Part shown: piece after piece, positions 29,142 to 39,041 of the stretch
Layout of the letters: every line of letters starts with the position of its first letter
Position numbering within the stretch: the first letter of the stretch is position 1
Assembly: GCA_038254545.1 (NCBI GenBank)
Contig: JBBSGB010000010.1
Location: 28,726 to 92,725 of the forward strand
Source of the DNA: Burkholderiales bacterium
GTDB taxonomy: Bacteria > Pseudomonadota > Gammaproteobacteria > Burkholderiales > Burkholderiaceae_D
DNA length: 64,000 nt
Direction: 5' to 3'
Program-made: the position numbers and the translations under genes
Notes under the pieces: model-generated
What the model was told of the DNA's origin: nothing
Seen by the model: the letters and a program-made list of their open reading frames with translations, nothing else
Database searches by the model: none

Positions 29142-32100
29142 TCAAGCCTTCGCGCGGATCGCGCCCACGTTCGCGCCGATGTTCGGATCTGCGTTCGCCC
29201 CGAAGTTCGCGCCTTCGTTCATCCCCACGCTCGCGCCTACATTCAATACCGCCGCCATTTCGACCGAGTGAAGATCACCGGTCTCTTCGATGCCGACCGG
29301 TCGAACGTTCCTGCGTGGCGCATAGGCCGAGATCAGCGCGCATGCGAGCGACGAGAGATAAGGGATAGCCTGCGTGGCAAGGATGCCGACCCACAACAGG
29401 CTTTCGTATTGCCTCGGCATCAAGGCCAGCACGCTGCCGATGGCGAGAATGATCGCGAACGCCATCAGCGCTTCTTCCCGCACCGCGCTCAGCCACGCGA
29501 ACGCGCTCTTCTTCTTGCCGGTCTGCCAGCTCTTGGGCGTGACGACGAACGTACCCTGCTTCTGGATCAGGCCCGCCAGGATCCCGCGCGCGATTGAGTG
29601 CGACAACGCCATCGATGCGACCGATGCGCCAAATACGTCGCGCCATCCGCAAGGCACCCGCGCGCGATAGAGCGACGGGCCGAACCATGCCTTCAAGACG
29701 AAGAAGCCCAGTACCGGAATCACGAACAGGTCGAGCGGCAAGCTGAAGTTCTCGGGATTGAGCAGCATGCCGACAGTCCACGCGAGCGAGGCCAGCGTGA
29801 AGAACAGATGCAGCGCATCGGCAAACCACGAGAACCAGCCGGTGAGGAAGTGGAAGCGCTGTCCCGCGGTGAGTCCGCGTCGCTTGACGATGGGCTTGCC
29901 CTCGCGCGCGGAATCCTTTCGTGCCGCATCCTGGCGACCCAACAACCAGTTCCAGCGCCGCTTCAAGATCTGCATCGCCCCGAAAGCCCAGCGAAAACGC
30001 TGCGACTTGTAGCCCGCGAAGTTCGAAGGCGTGAGCCCGCGGCCGAGCACCTCGTCGATGTAGCGCGTCTCCCAGCCCGCGTTCATCAGGCGCAGACCCA
30101 ATTCGGCGTCTTCGCAGATGCACCACTCGGACCACCCTCCGGTCTCGACCAGCGCGTTCTTCTTCACCAGCGTCATCGTGCCGTGTTGGATGATCGCGTC
30201 GCGCTCGTTGCGGTGGTGCATGCCGATTCGAAAGAAGCCGTCGTATTCCCAGCTGGTCATGCGCTGGAAGGCGTTGTGCTGCCAGTCGCGATGGGCTTGC
30301 GGGCATTGCACGACGGCCACGCGCGGCGCTTCGAAATGCGACACCGTGAGCTTGAGCCAATCGTGATTGACGACATAGTCGGCATCGACCACGCCCACGA
30401 TCGCCGCGCGGCGATCGGTCTCTTCGAGCGCGAAGTTGAGTGCGCCCGCCTTGAAGCCCGGCCAGTTGTCGAGGTGGAAGAAGCGAAAGCGCGGACGCGA
30501 CGATGCTGACCGCGCTGGACGGTCGTGCTCGCCGGCCCGTTCTTGCGATTGCTCATTGACATGCTCGTTCAAACGCGCGACATAGCGCTCGACCGGCCTC
30601 CACACGTCTTCGCTCTTGGTGTTGTTGTCGATCACCAGCACTTCGAAGTTGCGATAGTCCAGGCGCGCAAGGCTCGCAAGCGTCTGGATCACCATCTCGG
30701 GCGGCTCGTTGTGGCAGGGCAGATGGATCGATACGAACGGCTCCACGGCGTCGAGCGCGGGACGCTCGGGCCTGAAGTGGCGCTGCCAGCGGCTCTGCCA
30801 CACCACTTCGGTGAACTCGAACGCGTTGGCCAGCAGGATCATCAACATCGCCGCCAACGCAGGCAGCAGCAGGACCAGCATCGCCCAGTCGAGCGTGTTC
30901 AGGTAGAACTCGAACGGCAAGGTGGTCAACCACACCACCAGCGTCATCGCCGCCTGGATCACGAGCCCGAAGAACAACCGGCCCGGCAAGCGAAAACGCG
31001 CGAACGCGATGCAGAACGCGACGATGGGAATGAGCGCGAGCAACGATGCCATCGTGGCCTTGCGCGGCCACGACGGGTCTGGAACCACCGGGCCCGTGAA
31101 CGAGAACTTCGGTTCGCGATCCGAGTTGAAGATGCCCCAGTAGGCGCCGGTGCGGCCTTCGCTGGTGCGCTTCCAGGGCTGGTCGATCGCTTCCATCAGG
31201 TAGTAGTCGAGCCCCTTCTGCTTGGCGATCGGCAGGAACTCGCGGATGAACTGGGCTTCGTCGGCGACCGACGCGGTCGAATAGACGATCGGGTCGTTGG
31301 GCTTTTCGAGGTTCTTGATCGGCACGCGACTGCCGCCGCTCGGCCAGCCGACTTCGCCGATGACGATCTTCTTGTTCGGATATTCGCGCCGCATCTCCTC
31401 GTAGCGGCGCATCACGTGCGTGACCGCGTTGGCGCGCGGAACGCCTTCCCAATACGGCAGCAGGTGGACGGTGATGAAGTCCACATGTTTCGCGAGCTCA
31501 TGCATCTGCTTCGCGCGTGCACGGTCGGTGGTTAGCCAGATGTCCCACGATTCGGCAGTCGAAACCGGCACGCGCGCGCGGCGCTTGATGATGTCGATAT
31601 AACTCATCAGCTCCTTGGGCGTGAGGTCGCCGCGCAGCAGGGTTTCATTGCCGACCATGACGCGATCGACGTTGTTGTTGTCGCGCATCAACTCGATCAG
31701 CGATTTGATCTGGAGATTGTTCTCCTTCTTGTCGGTCGACAGCCACGCGCCGGCGGTGACCGTCATGCCGTACTCGCGCGCGAGCGCGGGGATGGCTGCA
31801 GCATCGACAGCGTTATAAGTGCGCAGCCGGTCCGTGTACTTCGACAGCATGCGCACGTCGGCGGCCAGCTCCTGCTCGCTTGGATACGTGGGCGTCGGAG
31901 GTTGCGGCGACTGGTCGCGCTGGAATCCGTTAAACGCGAAGCCGCCCACCTGGCCTTGCCACGGCGGCGCTTCGGGCGCGCGATTGAGCCACGACCAGAA
32001 CGACCAGTTGGTCGCTGCGATGACTGCGGCAACCAGGATCGCCGAAACCACCATCCCGATCGAGACGCGGCGGCCGTTTCCGTTCTTTCGGTTGGCGCCG

Positions 32101-32153
32101 CGATCGGCCGGGGTCGGTCGACTGGATCGGCCGAAGGGTTGAAGGATGCTCAA
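29142..32153 (-). CDS. ndvB: NdvB-like bifunctional beta-1,3-glucan synthase: N-terminal GH17 transglycosylase/glucanase domain, a TM region, and a GT2 processive glycosyltransferase
   Basis: The GH17 catalytic glutamates sit in the canonical contexts VMVGNETLL and IVIGEVGWPSGG. About 4 TM helices follow. The GT2 motifs are VLVIDNNT, VVDADYVV (DxD), ICEDAELG and QRFRW (QxxRW). The start is TTG 32151-32153. The next ATG, at 32054, would remove the basic cytoplasmic N-terminus. Confidence 0.8.
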   Translation of the reverse strand: MSILQPFGRSSRPTPADRGANRKNGNGRRVSIGMVVSAILVAAVIAATNWSFWSWLNRAPEAPPWQGQVGGFAFNGFQRDQSPQPPTPTYPSEQELAADVRMLSKYTDRLRTYNAVDAAAIPALAREYGMTVTAGAWLSTDKKENNLQIKSLIELMRDNNNVDRVMVGNETLLRGDLTPKELMSYIDIIKRRARVPVSTAESWDIWLTTDRARAKQMHELAKHVDFITVHLLPYWEGVPRANAVTHVMRRYEEMRREYPNKKIVIGEVGWPSGGSRVPIKNLEKPNDPIVYSTASVADEAQFIREFLPIAKQKGLDYYLMEAIDQPWKRTSEGRTGAYWGIFNSDREPKFSFTGPVVPDPSWPRKATMASLLALIPIVAFCIAFARFRLPGRLFFGLVIQAAMTLVVWLTTLPFEFYLNTLDWAMLVLLLPALAAMLMILLANAFEFTEVVWQSRWQRHFRPERPALDAVEPFVSIHLPCHNEPPEMVIQTLASLARLDYRNFEVLVIDNNTKSEDVWRPVERYVARLNEHVNEQSQERAGEHDRPARSASSRPRFRFFHLDNWPGFKAGALNFALEETDRRAAIVGVVDADYVVNHDWLKLTVSHFEAPRVAVVQCPQAHRDWQHNAFQRMTSWEYDGFFRIGMHHRNERDAIIQHGTMTLVKKNALVETGGWSEWCICEDAELGLRLMNAGWETRYIDEVLGRGLTPSNFAGYKSQRFRWAFGAMQILKRRWNWLLGRQDAARKDSAREGKPIVKRRGLTAGQRFHFLTGWFSWFADALHLFFTLASLAWTVGMLLNPENFSLPLDLFVIPVLGFFVLKAWFGPSLYRARVPCGWRDVFGASVASMALSHSIARGILAGLIQKQGTFVVTPKSWQTGKKKSAFAWLSAVREEALMAFAIILAIGSVLALMPRQYESLLWVGILATQAIPYLSSLACALISAYAPRRNVRPVGIEETGDLHSVEMAAVLNVGASVGMNEGANFGANADPNIGANVGAIRAKA

Positions 32154-32212
32154 TGCAGACTGGTCCTGTGATGATGCGCAGCGTCGGTAACGATCGACCG
32201 GCGCGCCTCGAT

Positions 32213-32264
32213 GACATGCGGTGTGACATGCAGCCCGACATGCGGCGTGCGACGACAGATGCGG
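32213..32264. repeat. Three in-phase 12-nt direct repeats (GACATGCrGyny) plus a degenerate fourth copy, in the ndvB/kinase divergent intergenic region
   Basis: gacatgcggtgt (32213-24), gacatgcagccc (32225-36), gacatgcggcgt (32237-48), then ...acagatgcgg (32255-64). Confidence 0.75.
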
Positions 32265-32333
32265 TATTCTCTCTCACCCGCTCGATCGGGCGTGCAGGGC
32301 CGACGCGCCGTGCACGGCTCGACTGCAACCTTC

Positions 32334-33992
32334 ATGACCGCACCTACCTCCGCGCACATTTCGACACGAAGCACGCCACCAGCCGCCGCTGATTCGTCGG
32401 CGCAACTGACCTTCGGTCCCTACCGCGTCATCGAAAAAGTCGGCGCTGGCGCAACCGCGATCGTGTATCGCGCGATTCACAGCGAGACCGGGCAGATGGT
32501 GGCGCTCAAGGTCATCCTCTTCAATCAGTCGAACGCCAAGCTCAGCCGGCGGTTGAAAAAACTGTTCGCGACCGAAGCCGCGCTGGCGATGAAGGTCAAG
32601 CATCCCAACATCGTCTCGATCTTCGAAGCCGACATCGAGGAAAAATTCGCGTACATCGCGATGGAGTTCGTCAACGGCCTGGCCCTGCGCGAGTACTGCA
32701 GTTTCGACAAGCTGCTGCCGCCGCACCGCGTCGTCGAGATCATGTTCAAGTGCGCGATGGCGCTCGATTTCTCCGCACGCATGGGCGTGGTCCATCGCGA
32801 CATCAAGCCCGACAACATCATGCTGGGCAGCGACGACATCGTGAAGATCACCGACTTCGGCCTTGCCCTCGACATGAAGAAGAAGAGCGACTCGGACTCG
32901 ACCTTCATCATGGGCGTGGGTTCCCCGGCCTACATGTCGCCCGAGCAGATCAAGGATTATCCGTTGAACGGGCAGACCGACCTGTATTCGCTGGGTACGG
33001 TGATGTTCGAGTTGCTGACGGGTCGTCAGCCCTTCCGCGCCAAGAATCGCGCGTCGCTGATGTACAAGATCATCAACATGGACGCCGAGGCGGTCAGCAC
33101 GCTGAACCCCTCGATCCCGGATACGCTCGATCCGATCATCAAGCGCACGCTCGAGAAGGACCTGTACACGCGGTATCGCACAGGCGCCCAGTTCGCGCAG
33201 GACTTGTCGTCGGCCAAGTTCCAGATCCTCGACGATGCCGATTCGGTGCGCCTGACGCGGCGCTTCAAGATCGTGCGACAGAACCAGGCGTTCACCGATT
33301 TCGAGAACGACGAGGTCTGGGAAGTGCTGCGTATCTCGCAATGGCGCGTGGTGCACGAGTCGCGGCCCCTGATGGTCGAGGGCGAGGAAGGGACCAACTT
33401 CGGCGTGATCATCGAAGGCGAAGTCGAGGCGTCGCTCAAGGGTCGCCAACTCGCGGTCTATGGTCCGGGCGAGGTCATCGGCGAACTCGCGTTCCTGTCG
33501 CTGGGCCCCTCGAAGCGCAACGCAACCGTGATCGCGATGGTCGATACCGTTTATCTCGAGGTCAATGCGGCGGCCTATGCGTTGGCAAGCGAGGAGTGTC
33601 AGGAACACTTCAAGCAACTGATCGTGGGCACCTTGATGCGTCGGACCCAGGACACCAACGAAAAATTGATCGTGAACGCGCCCGAGGCGCGAGAAAGCCT
33701 GCGCGACGACAGCGAATTCGGCTTCGGCCTGGTGCCGCTGGAAGACGAGATGTCGCCTGCCGATGACTCGCAAGCCCATCGCCCGCAGGTGACCTACGGC
33801 ACGCGCGCGGCAGCAAATCGCACGGAATCGCCCGCGCGCATGGACACCGCCTCGCAGGCGACTGTGGTCCATCGGCCCAGCGCAAGCACGATGACGAACA
33901 TCCTGTTCACCACCGACGGCGGCGTGCGCGTGGACGACGAGGTCGACGTGGAATTTCGTTCGCCCTCCTTGCGCCCGCGCGGCCAGCGCTGA
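32334..33992 (+). CDS. Hanks-type Ser/Thr protein kinase fused to a C-terminal cyclic-nucleotide-binding domain
   Basis: Kinase motifs: GAGATAIVY (G-loop), VALKV, HRDIKPDNIM, DFG, SPAYMSPE. A cNMP-binding-like domain follows (FGVIIEGEVE...GEVIGELAFL...RNATVIA). No TM segment is seen. I chose ATG 32334; the upstream in-frame ATGs at 32211 and 32259 fall in the repeat region. Confidence 0.85.
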   Translation: MTAPTSAHISTRSTPPAAADSSAQLTFGPYRVIEKVGAGATAIVYRAIHSETGQMVALKVILFNQSNAKLSRRLKKLFATEAALAMKVKHPNIVSIFEADIEEKFAYIAMEFVNGLALREYCSFDKLLPPHRVVEIMFKCAMALDFSARMGVVHRDIKPDNIMLGSDDIVKITDFGLALDMKKKSDSDSTFIMGVGSPAYMSPEQIKDYPLNGQTDLYSLGTVMFELLTGRQPFRAKNRASLMYKIINMDAEAVSTLNPSIPDTLDPIIKRTLEKDLYTRYRTGAQFAQDLSSAKFQILDDADSVRLTRRFKIVRQNQAFTDFENDEVWEVLRISQWRVVHESRPLMVEGEEGTNFGVIIEGEVEASLKGRQLAVYGPGEVIGELAFLSLGPSKRNATVIAMVDTVYLEVNAAAYALASEECQEHFKQLIVGTLMRRTQDTNEKLIVNAPEARESLRDDSEFGFGLVPLEDEMSPADDSQAHRPQVTYGTRAAANRTESPARMDTASQATVVHRPSASTMTNILFTTDGGVRVDDEVDVEFRSPSLRPRGQR

Positions 33993-34039
33993 GTTCTTCA
34001 GTCCGTCAGACCTTCGATCGGTTGTCAGCAGTCAGCAGT

Positions 34040-34068
34040 TTGTTCAAGCAGCATTCGATCGGTACAAT
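34040..34068 (+). promoter_or_regulatory. Putative sigma-70 promoter of the gcv operon
   Basis: TTGTTC (34040-45), a 17-nt spacer, then TACAAT (34063-68). It lies just upstream of the first riboswitch aptamer. Confidence 0.4.
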
Positions 34069-34074
34069 CCGCAC

Positions 34075-34325
34075 GTCGATCAGGAGAGCGTTGCCGGGCA
34101 GATGCCGGCGACCGCCGAAGGCGCAAATCCCATAACCGCTCAGGCCCGGGACTCGCACGCATTACAGTGCCGTGCAAGTCCTCGAAGACTGGTCGTACGG
34201 CATCACCAATCTGGAGAGCGATGGCGTTGCGCGATGGATGTCGCAGCGACCATCCACCGAAGGGGCACGCGGGCGCGAGCTTCACACTTGCGCCGCAATC
34301 TCTCAGGTAAAAGGACAGAGGGATA
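34075..34325 (+). promoter_or_regulatory. Tandem glycine riboswitch (two aptamers) controlling gcvTHP
   Basis: Aptamer 1: cAGGAGAGcg...gaCCGCCGAAGGCGCAAat...CTCAGGCccgGGAC. Aptamer 2: cTGGAGAGcg...CCACCGAAGGGGCAcg...CTCAGGTAAAAGGACAGAGG. Both match the conserved GGAGAG / CACCGAAGGGGCAA / CTCAGGCAAAAGGAC cores. It lies directly upstream of gcvT. Confidence 0.87.
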
Positions 34326-34366
34326 GGCTCCGCTATTTGCCAATCCCACTGTATCTGCCGAGAGTC

Positions 34367-35587
34367 ATGACAACAGCCTCCACCGCTTCGAATGCATTCC
34401 AGCCCGACACGCCGCCGGCCGCCCAGCAGACGGCGCTGCACGCGCTGCACCTCGAACTCGGTGCGCGCATGGTTCCTTTCGCCGGCTATGACATGCCGGT
34501 GCAATATCCGATGGGAGTATTGCAAGAGCATCAGCACACGCGAAGCGCGGCGGGGCTGTTCGACGTCTCTCACATGGGGCAATTGAAGTTGGTCGGTCCG
34601 CACGCGGCCGAAGGGCTCGAGCTGCTCGTGCCGATGGACATCATGGGCCTCGCGCGCAATCAGCAGCGCTATGCGTTGTTCACCAACGAGGCTGGCGGGA
34701 TCCTCGACGACCTGATGGTCACCCACTGCGGCGACTATCTCTTCGTGGTCGTCAACGCGGCCTGCAAAGTGCAGGACACCGCCCATCTGCGCGCCGAGCT
34801 GGGCGGACCGGGCAAGCCCGGCTGCGACATCGTCGAGCTCGACGATCACGCCCTGCTGGCACTGCAGGGACCCGAGGCCATGACCGTGATGGCGCGGCTC
34901 TGCCCCGATGTCGATTTCGGCAAGTGGACCTTCATGACGGCGCGCGATCTCAAGATCGGCGGCATCGCCTGCTTCGTCACGCGCTCGGGCTACACCGGCG
35001 AGGATGGCTTCGAGATCTCGGTGGAGAATCGTTGCGCCGAAGAACTCGCCCGGCTGTTGCTGCTGCAACCCGAAGTCGCCCCGGTCGGCTTGGGCGCGCG
35101 CGATTCGCTACGGCTCGAATCCGGCCTGTGCCTGTACGGCAACGACATCGACATCGAAACCACGCCGGTCGAAGCAAGCCTGACGTGGGCGATCTCGAAG
35201 GCTCGGCGCGCCGACGGTGCGCGACCCGGCGGCTTTCCCGGTGCGAAGAAAATCCTCGCGCAACTGGCGTCGGGAAAGGACGGCAAGCCTGTGACTGCCG
35301 AGGGCGTCGTCTCACGCAAGCGGGTCGGTCTAGTCGGTGTTGAACGCACACCAGTCCGCGCGGGCAGCGAAATCGTCGCTGGCAATGGGGATGATGATGG
35401 AGCGGTGATCGGGCGCGTCACCAGCGGCACGTTGGGCCCCACCGCGCAGCGCGCCGTCGCGCTCGGCTATGTATCGCCTGCGCATGCGGCTATCGGGACC
35501 GAGGTGATGGCGATGGTCCGCGGCAAGCCGGTCGCGATGCGTGTGACCGCGACGCCGTTCGTACCTCACCGCTATTACCGGGGCTGA
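34367..35587 (+). CDS. gcvT: Glycine cleavage system aminomethyltransferase (T protein)
   Basis: LHLELGARMVPFAGYDMPVQY...GLFDVSHMGQL... I chose ATG 34367 rather than the track start at 34172, which lies inside the riboswitch. Confidence 0.93.
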   Translation: MTTASTASNAFQPDTPPAAQQTALHALHLELGARMVPFAGYDMPVQYPMGVLQEHQHTRSAAGLFDVSHMGQLKLVGPHAAEGLELLVPMDIMGLARNQQRYALFTNEAGGILDDLMVTHCGDYLFVVVNAACKVQDTAHLRAELGGPGKPGCDIVELDDHALLALQGPEAMTVMARLCPDVDFGKWTFMTARDLKIGGIACFVTRSGYTGEDGFEISVENRCAEELARLLLLQPEVAPVGLGARDSLRLESGLCLYGNDIDIETTPVEASLTWAISKARRADGARPGGFPGAKKILAQLASGKDGKPVTAEGVVSRKRVGLVGVERTPVRAGSEIVAGNGDDDGAVIGRVTSGTLGPTAQRAVALGYVSPAHAAIGTEVMAMVRGKPVAMRVTATPFVPHRYYRG

Positions 35588-35650
35588 CCCCTTTTCACCC
35601 GCTCTTTTCATCTTTCTTCTCTTCATCGACCTCGTCGCGAAAGGACGTCC

Positions 35651-36025
35651 ATGACCGCATTGCGCTACACCGGAGATCACGAATGGATTCGACTCGAATC
35701 CGATGGCAGTGCAACGGTCGGCATCACGGATCACGCGCAGGATGCGCTCGGCGACATCGTGTTCGTCGAGATGCCCGAGATCAGAAGGAAGTTCGCGAAG
35801 GGCGAACCCGCATGCGTGATCGAGTCGGTCAAGGCTGCGGCCGACTTGAAGATGCCGGTTGCCGGCAGCGTGGTCGCGGTCAACGGCGCGTTGCCCGACG
35901 ATCCGGCGAAGGTCAACACCGATCCGATGAAGGACGGCTGGTTCATTCGCATCCAGCCGGACAACCCGGCCGACCTCGAATCCCTGATGGACGACGCGGC
36001 CTATCAAGCGCTGATTGCTTCCTGA
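35651..36025 (+). CDS. gcvH: Glycine cleavage system H protein
   Basis: 124 aa, with the lipoyl-lysine motif [10 protein letters not shown]. An AAGGA RBS precedes the ATG. Confidence 0.96.
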   Translation: MTALRYTGDHEWIRLESDGSATVGITDHAQDALGDIVFVEMPEIRRKFAKGEPACVIESVKAAADLKMPVAGSVVAVNGALPDDPAKVNTDPMKDGWFIRIQPDNPADLESLMDDAAYQALIAS

Positions 36026-36044
36026 ACATCTTGACGACGCATCG

Positions 36045-38978
36045 ATGAATACAGTCCGTGATCCCGTGATCGAACATCCCGCTCTCGAAGCCGCGCCGGC
36101 CAGGCGCGAGCCCTTGTCTTCGCTCGAGCCGCGCGACGCTTTCGTCGCGCGTCATATCGGCACGTCCGCAGAAGATCAGGCGAACATGTTGGGCGCGCTC
36201 GGCTATGCGTCGCGCCAGGCGTTGATCGATGCGATCGTTCCTGCGGCGATCCGTCGGCCCGAGACGGGCGCACATTCGATGGCACTTCCCGAAGCGCTTC
36301 CCGAAGCCGAGGCGCTCGAAAAGCTCGCGTCGCTCGCCGCCCGCAACCAGGTATTTCGCTCGTTCATCGGCCAGGGTTATTACGCCTGCTTCACCCCAGG
36401 CGTGATCCAGCGCAACGTGCTCGAGAGTCCCGCTTGGTACACGGCCTACACACCGTATCAGCCCGAGATTTCGCAAGGCCGGCTCGAAGCCATCGCAAAT
36501 TTCCAGACGATGGTGACCGACCTCACCGCGATGGACATCGCCAACGCCTCGATGCTCGATGAAGCCACCGCCGCAGCCGAAGCGATGACCTTGTGCCAGC
36601 GCGTGGGCAAGAGCAAGGCCATGCGCTTCTTCGTTGCCAACGATGTGCTGCCGCAGACCATCGCGGTCGTGAAGACGCGCGCCGAGCCGATCGGAATCGA
36701 AGTCGTGGTGGGTGCGATCGACGTCAGCGCAGGTGTCGATGCGATCGACGAATGCTTCGGCGTGCTGCTGCAATATCCCGGCGTAGACGGACACGTGGTC
36801 GATTACGCCGCACTGGTCGCGGCCGTGCACGCCAAGGGCGGTCTCGTGGTCGTGGCGGCCGACTTGCTCGCACTGACACTCCTGAAACCGCCCGGAGAAT
36901 GGGGCGCCGATGTCGTCGTTGGGACCAGCCAGCGCTTCGGCGTACCGATGGGCTTCGGTGGTCCGCACGCCGGCTATCTCGCCACGCGCGATGCTTTCAA
37001 GCGCAGCATGCCGGGCCGGCTGGTCGGCGTGACGATCGATTCGAACGGCAAGGGTGCCTACCGACTCGCGCTGCAAACGCGCGAGCAACACATACGCCGC
37101 GAGAAGGCGACCTCCAACATCTGTACCGCACAGGTGCTGCTCGCAGTCATGGCGAGCATGTATGCGGTCTATCACGGGCCGAAGGGGCTCGCGGCAATCG
37201 CGCAACGGGTGCATAGGCTCACGAGCGTGCTTGCGACGGGACTCGAGCAACTCGGCGTAACCGTCGAGAACGGCACCTGGTTCGACACCTTGACGGTCGC
37301 ATGCGACGCGGCATTCCTGCATGCGGCCGCGTCTGCTCAACAACTCAATCTGCGCGCGATCGATGCCGACCGCGTCGGCATTTCGATCGACGAGACGACC
37401 ACGCGCGCCGACATCGAAAGGCTGTGGCTGATGTTCGCGCATGGCCGCTCGCTTCCCGACTTCTCTGCGCTCGAAGCCGCGAGTCGCGACGCATTGCCCG
37501 CGGGCCTGTTGCGCACCTCGTCATGGCTCACGCATGCGGTCTTCAACACGCATCATTCCGAGACCGAGATGCTGCGCTACCTGCGCCAGCTCGCCGACAA
37601 GGACATCGCGCTCGATCGCGCGATGATTCCGCTGGGCTCATGCACGATGAAGCTCAATGCAACGTCGGAAATGATCCCGGTCACGTGGCCCGCATTCGCG
37701 CACATGCATCCGTTTGCGCCCGAGTCGCAGACCGAAGGCTACCGTGCGATGATCGGCGAGCTCGAGGATATGCTGTGCGAGGCGACCGGCTATTCAGCGG
37801 TCTCGTTGCAGCCGAACGCGGGCTCGCAAGGCGAGTACACCGGCCTGCTCGTGATCCGCGCATGGCACGCGTCGCGCGGCGAGGCGCATCGCGACGTATG
37901 CCTGATTCCTTCGTCCGCACACGGCACCAACCCGGCCTCGGCGCAGATGGCCGGCCTGAAGGTCGTGGTGGTTGCGTGTGACGACATGGGCAACGTCGAT
38001 CTTGACGACCTCGAGGCGAAAGCGAGCGAGCACGCCGACGATCTCGCGGCCGTGATGATCACGTACCCGTCGACCCACGGCGTCTACGAAGAAGGCGTGC
38101 AGAAGATCTGCGAGATCGTCCATCGCTACGGCGGTCAGGTGTATGTCGACGGCGCCAACATGAATGCGATGGTCGGGGTCGCCGCACCAGGGCATTTCGG
38201 CGGCGATGTTTCTCACCTCAACCTGCACAAGACCTTCTGCATTCCGCACGGTGGTGGGGGACCCGGTGTCGGCCCAGTCGGAGTGGCCGAACATCTCGCG
38301 AAATTCCTGCCGGGCCTGGTAACGCGCGCCAAGGAGTCGATCGGTGCGGTGTCCGCTGCGCCCTTCGGGTCCGCATCGATCCTGCCGATCTCGTGGATGT
38401 ACATCACGATGATGGGCAAGGCCGGCCTCACCGCTGCGACCGAGAGCGCGATCCTTGCGGCGAACTACATCGCGCGCAAGCTCGACGCCCATTTCCCAGT
38501 GCTCTATCGCGGCGATCACGGCCTGGTCGCGCACGAATGCATCCTCGATCTGCGGCCCGTCAAGGAAGCCAGCGGCATCACGGTGGACGACGTCGCCAAG
38601 CGCCTGGTGGACTACGGCTTCCATGCACCGACGATGAGCTTTCCGGTCGCCGGCACCTTGATGGTCGAGCCTACCGAGTCCGAGCCGCTGGTCGAACTCG
38701 ATCGCTTCATCGCGGCGATGGTTTCGATCCGCGAGGAGATTCGCGCGATCGAGGAAGGCCGCATGGATCGCGACGACAATCCGTTGCGCAACGCGCCGCA
38801 TACCGCGGAGTCGCTGCTCGCGGAGGCATGGACCCATCCCTATTCACGCGAGGCTGCGGCGTATCCGCAGAAGTATTTGCGTGCGAACAAATACTGGCCA
38901 CCGGTCGGTCGGGCCGATCACGTTTACGGTGATCGCAATCTGTTCTGTGGGTGCATTCCTACCGAAGACTACGCGTGA
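36045..38978 (+). CDS. gcvP: Glycine dehydrogenase (decarboxylating), P protein
   Basis: 977 aa from ATG 36045. The PLP-lysine region is [19 protein letters not shown]. Confidence 0.96.
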   Translation: MNTVRDPVIEHPALEAAPARREPLSSLEPRDAFVARHIGTSAEDQANMLGALGYASRQALIDAIVPAAIRRPETGAHSMALPEALPEAEALEKLASLAARNQVFRSFIGQGYYACFTPGVIQRNVLESPAWYTAYTPYQPEISQGRLEAIANFQTMVTDLTAMDIANASMLDEATAAAEAMTLCQRVGKSKAMRFFVANDVLPQTIAVVKTRAEPIGIEVVVGAIDVSAGVDAIDECFGVLLQYPGVDGHVVDYAALVAAVHAKGGLVVVAADLLALTLLKPPGEWGADVVVGTSQRFGVPMGFGGPHAGYLATRDAFKRSMPGRLVGVTIDSNGKGAYRLALQTREQHIRREKATSNICTAQVLLAVMASMYAVYHGPKGLAAIAQRVHRLTSVLATGLEQLGVTVENGTWFDTLTVACDAAFLHAAASAQQLNLRAIDADRVGISIDETTTRADIERLWLMFAHGRSLPDFSALEAASRDALPAGLLRTSSWLTHAVFNTHHSETEMLRYLRQLADKDIALDRAMIPLGSCTMKLNATSEMIPVTWPAFAHMHPFAPESQTEGYRAMIGELEDMLCEATGYSAVSLQPNAGSQGEYTGLLVIRAWHASRGEAHRDVCLIPSSAHGTNPASAQMAGLKVVVVACDDMGNVDLDDLEAKASEHADDLAAVMITYPSTHGVYEEGVQKICEIVHRYGGQVYVDGANMNAMVGVAAPGHFGGDVSHLNLHKTFCIPHGGGGPGVGPVGVAEHLAKFLPGLVTRAKESIGAVSAAPFGSASILPISWMYITMMGKAGLTAATESAILAANYIARKLDAHFPVLYRGDHGLVAHECILDLRPVKEASGITVDDVAKRLVDYGFHAPTMSFPVAGTLMVEPTESEPLVELDRFIAAMVSIREEIRAIEEGRMDRDDNPLRNAPHTAESLLAEAWTHPYSREAAAYPQKYLRANKYWPPVGRADHVYGDRNLFCGCIPTEDYA

Positions 38979-39041
38979 AGGAGGCGACCGGACGATGACG
39001 TAGGTCGCGGCATCGACCAGCGCCTTTACCGACAACCGGGT

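Noticed and set aside
32211-32333. Upstream ATG (32211) as the true start of the cNMP-kinase, giving an MTCGVTCSPTCGV N-terminus
   Set aside because: The extension is made of the 12-nt DNA repeats and has no kinase-family counterpart. ATG 32334 gives a normal distance to the glycine-rich loop. I keep it only as an alternative in the repeat finding.
34025-35068. 347-aa minus-strand ORF spanning the glycine riboswitch and the 5' half of gcvT
   Set aside because: It is antisense to a gene with unambiguous GcvT homology and to a conserved riboswitch. It has no recognisable motifs. It is a typical high-GC shadow ORF.
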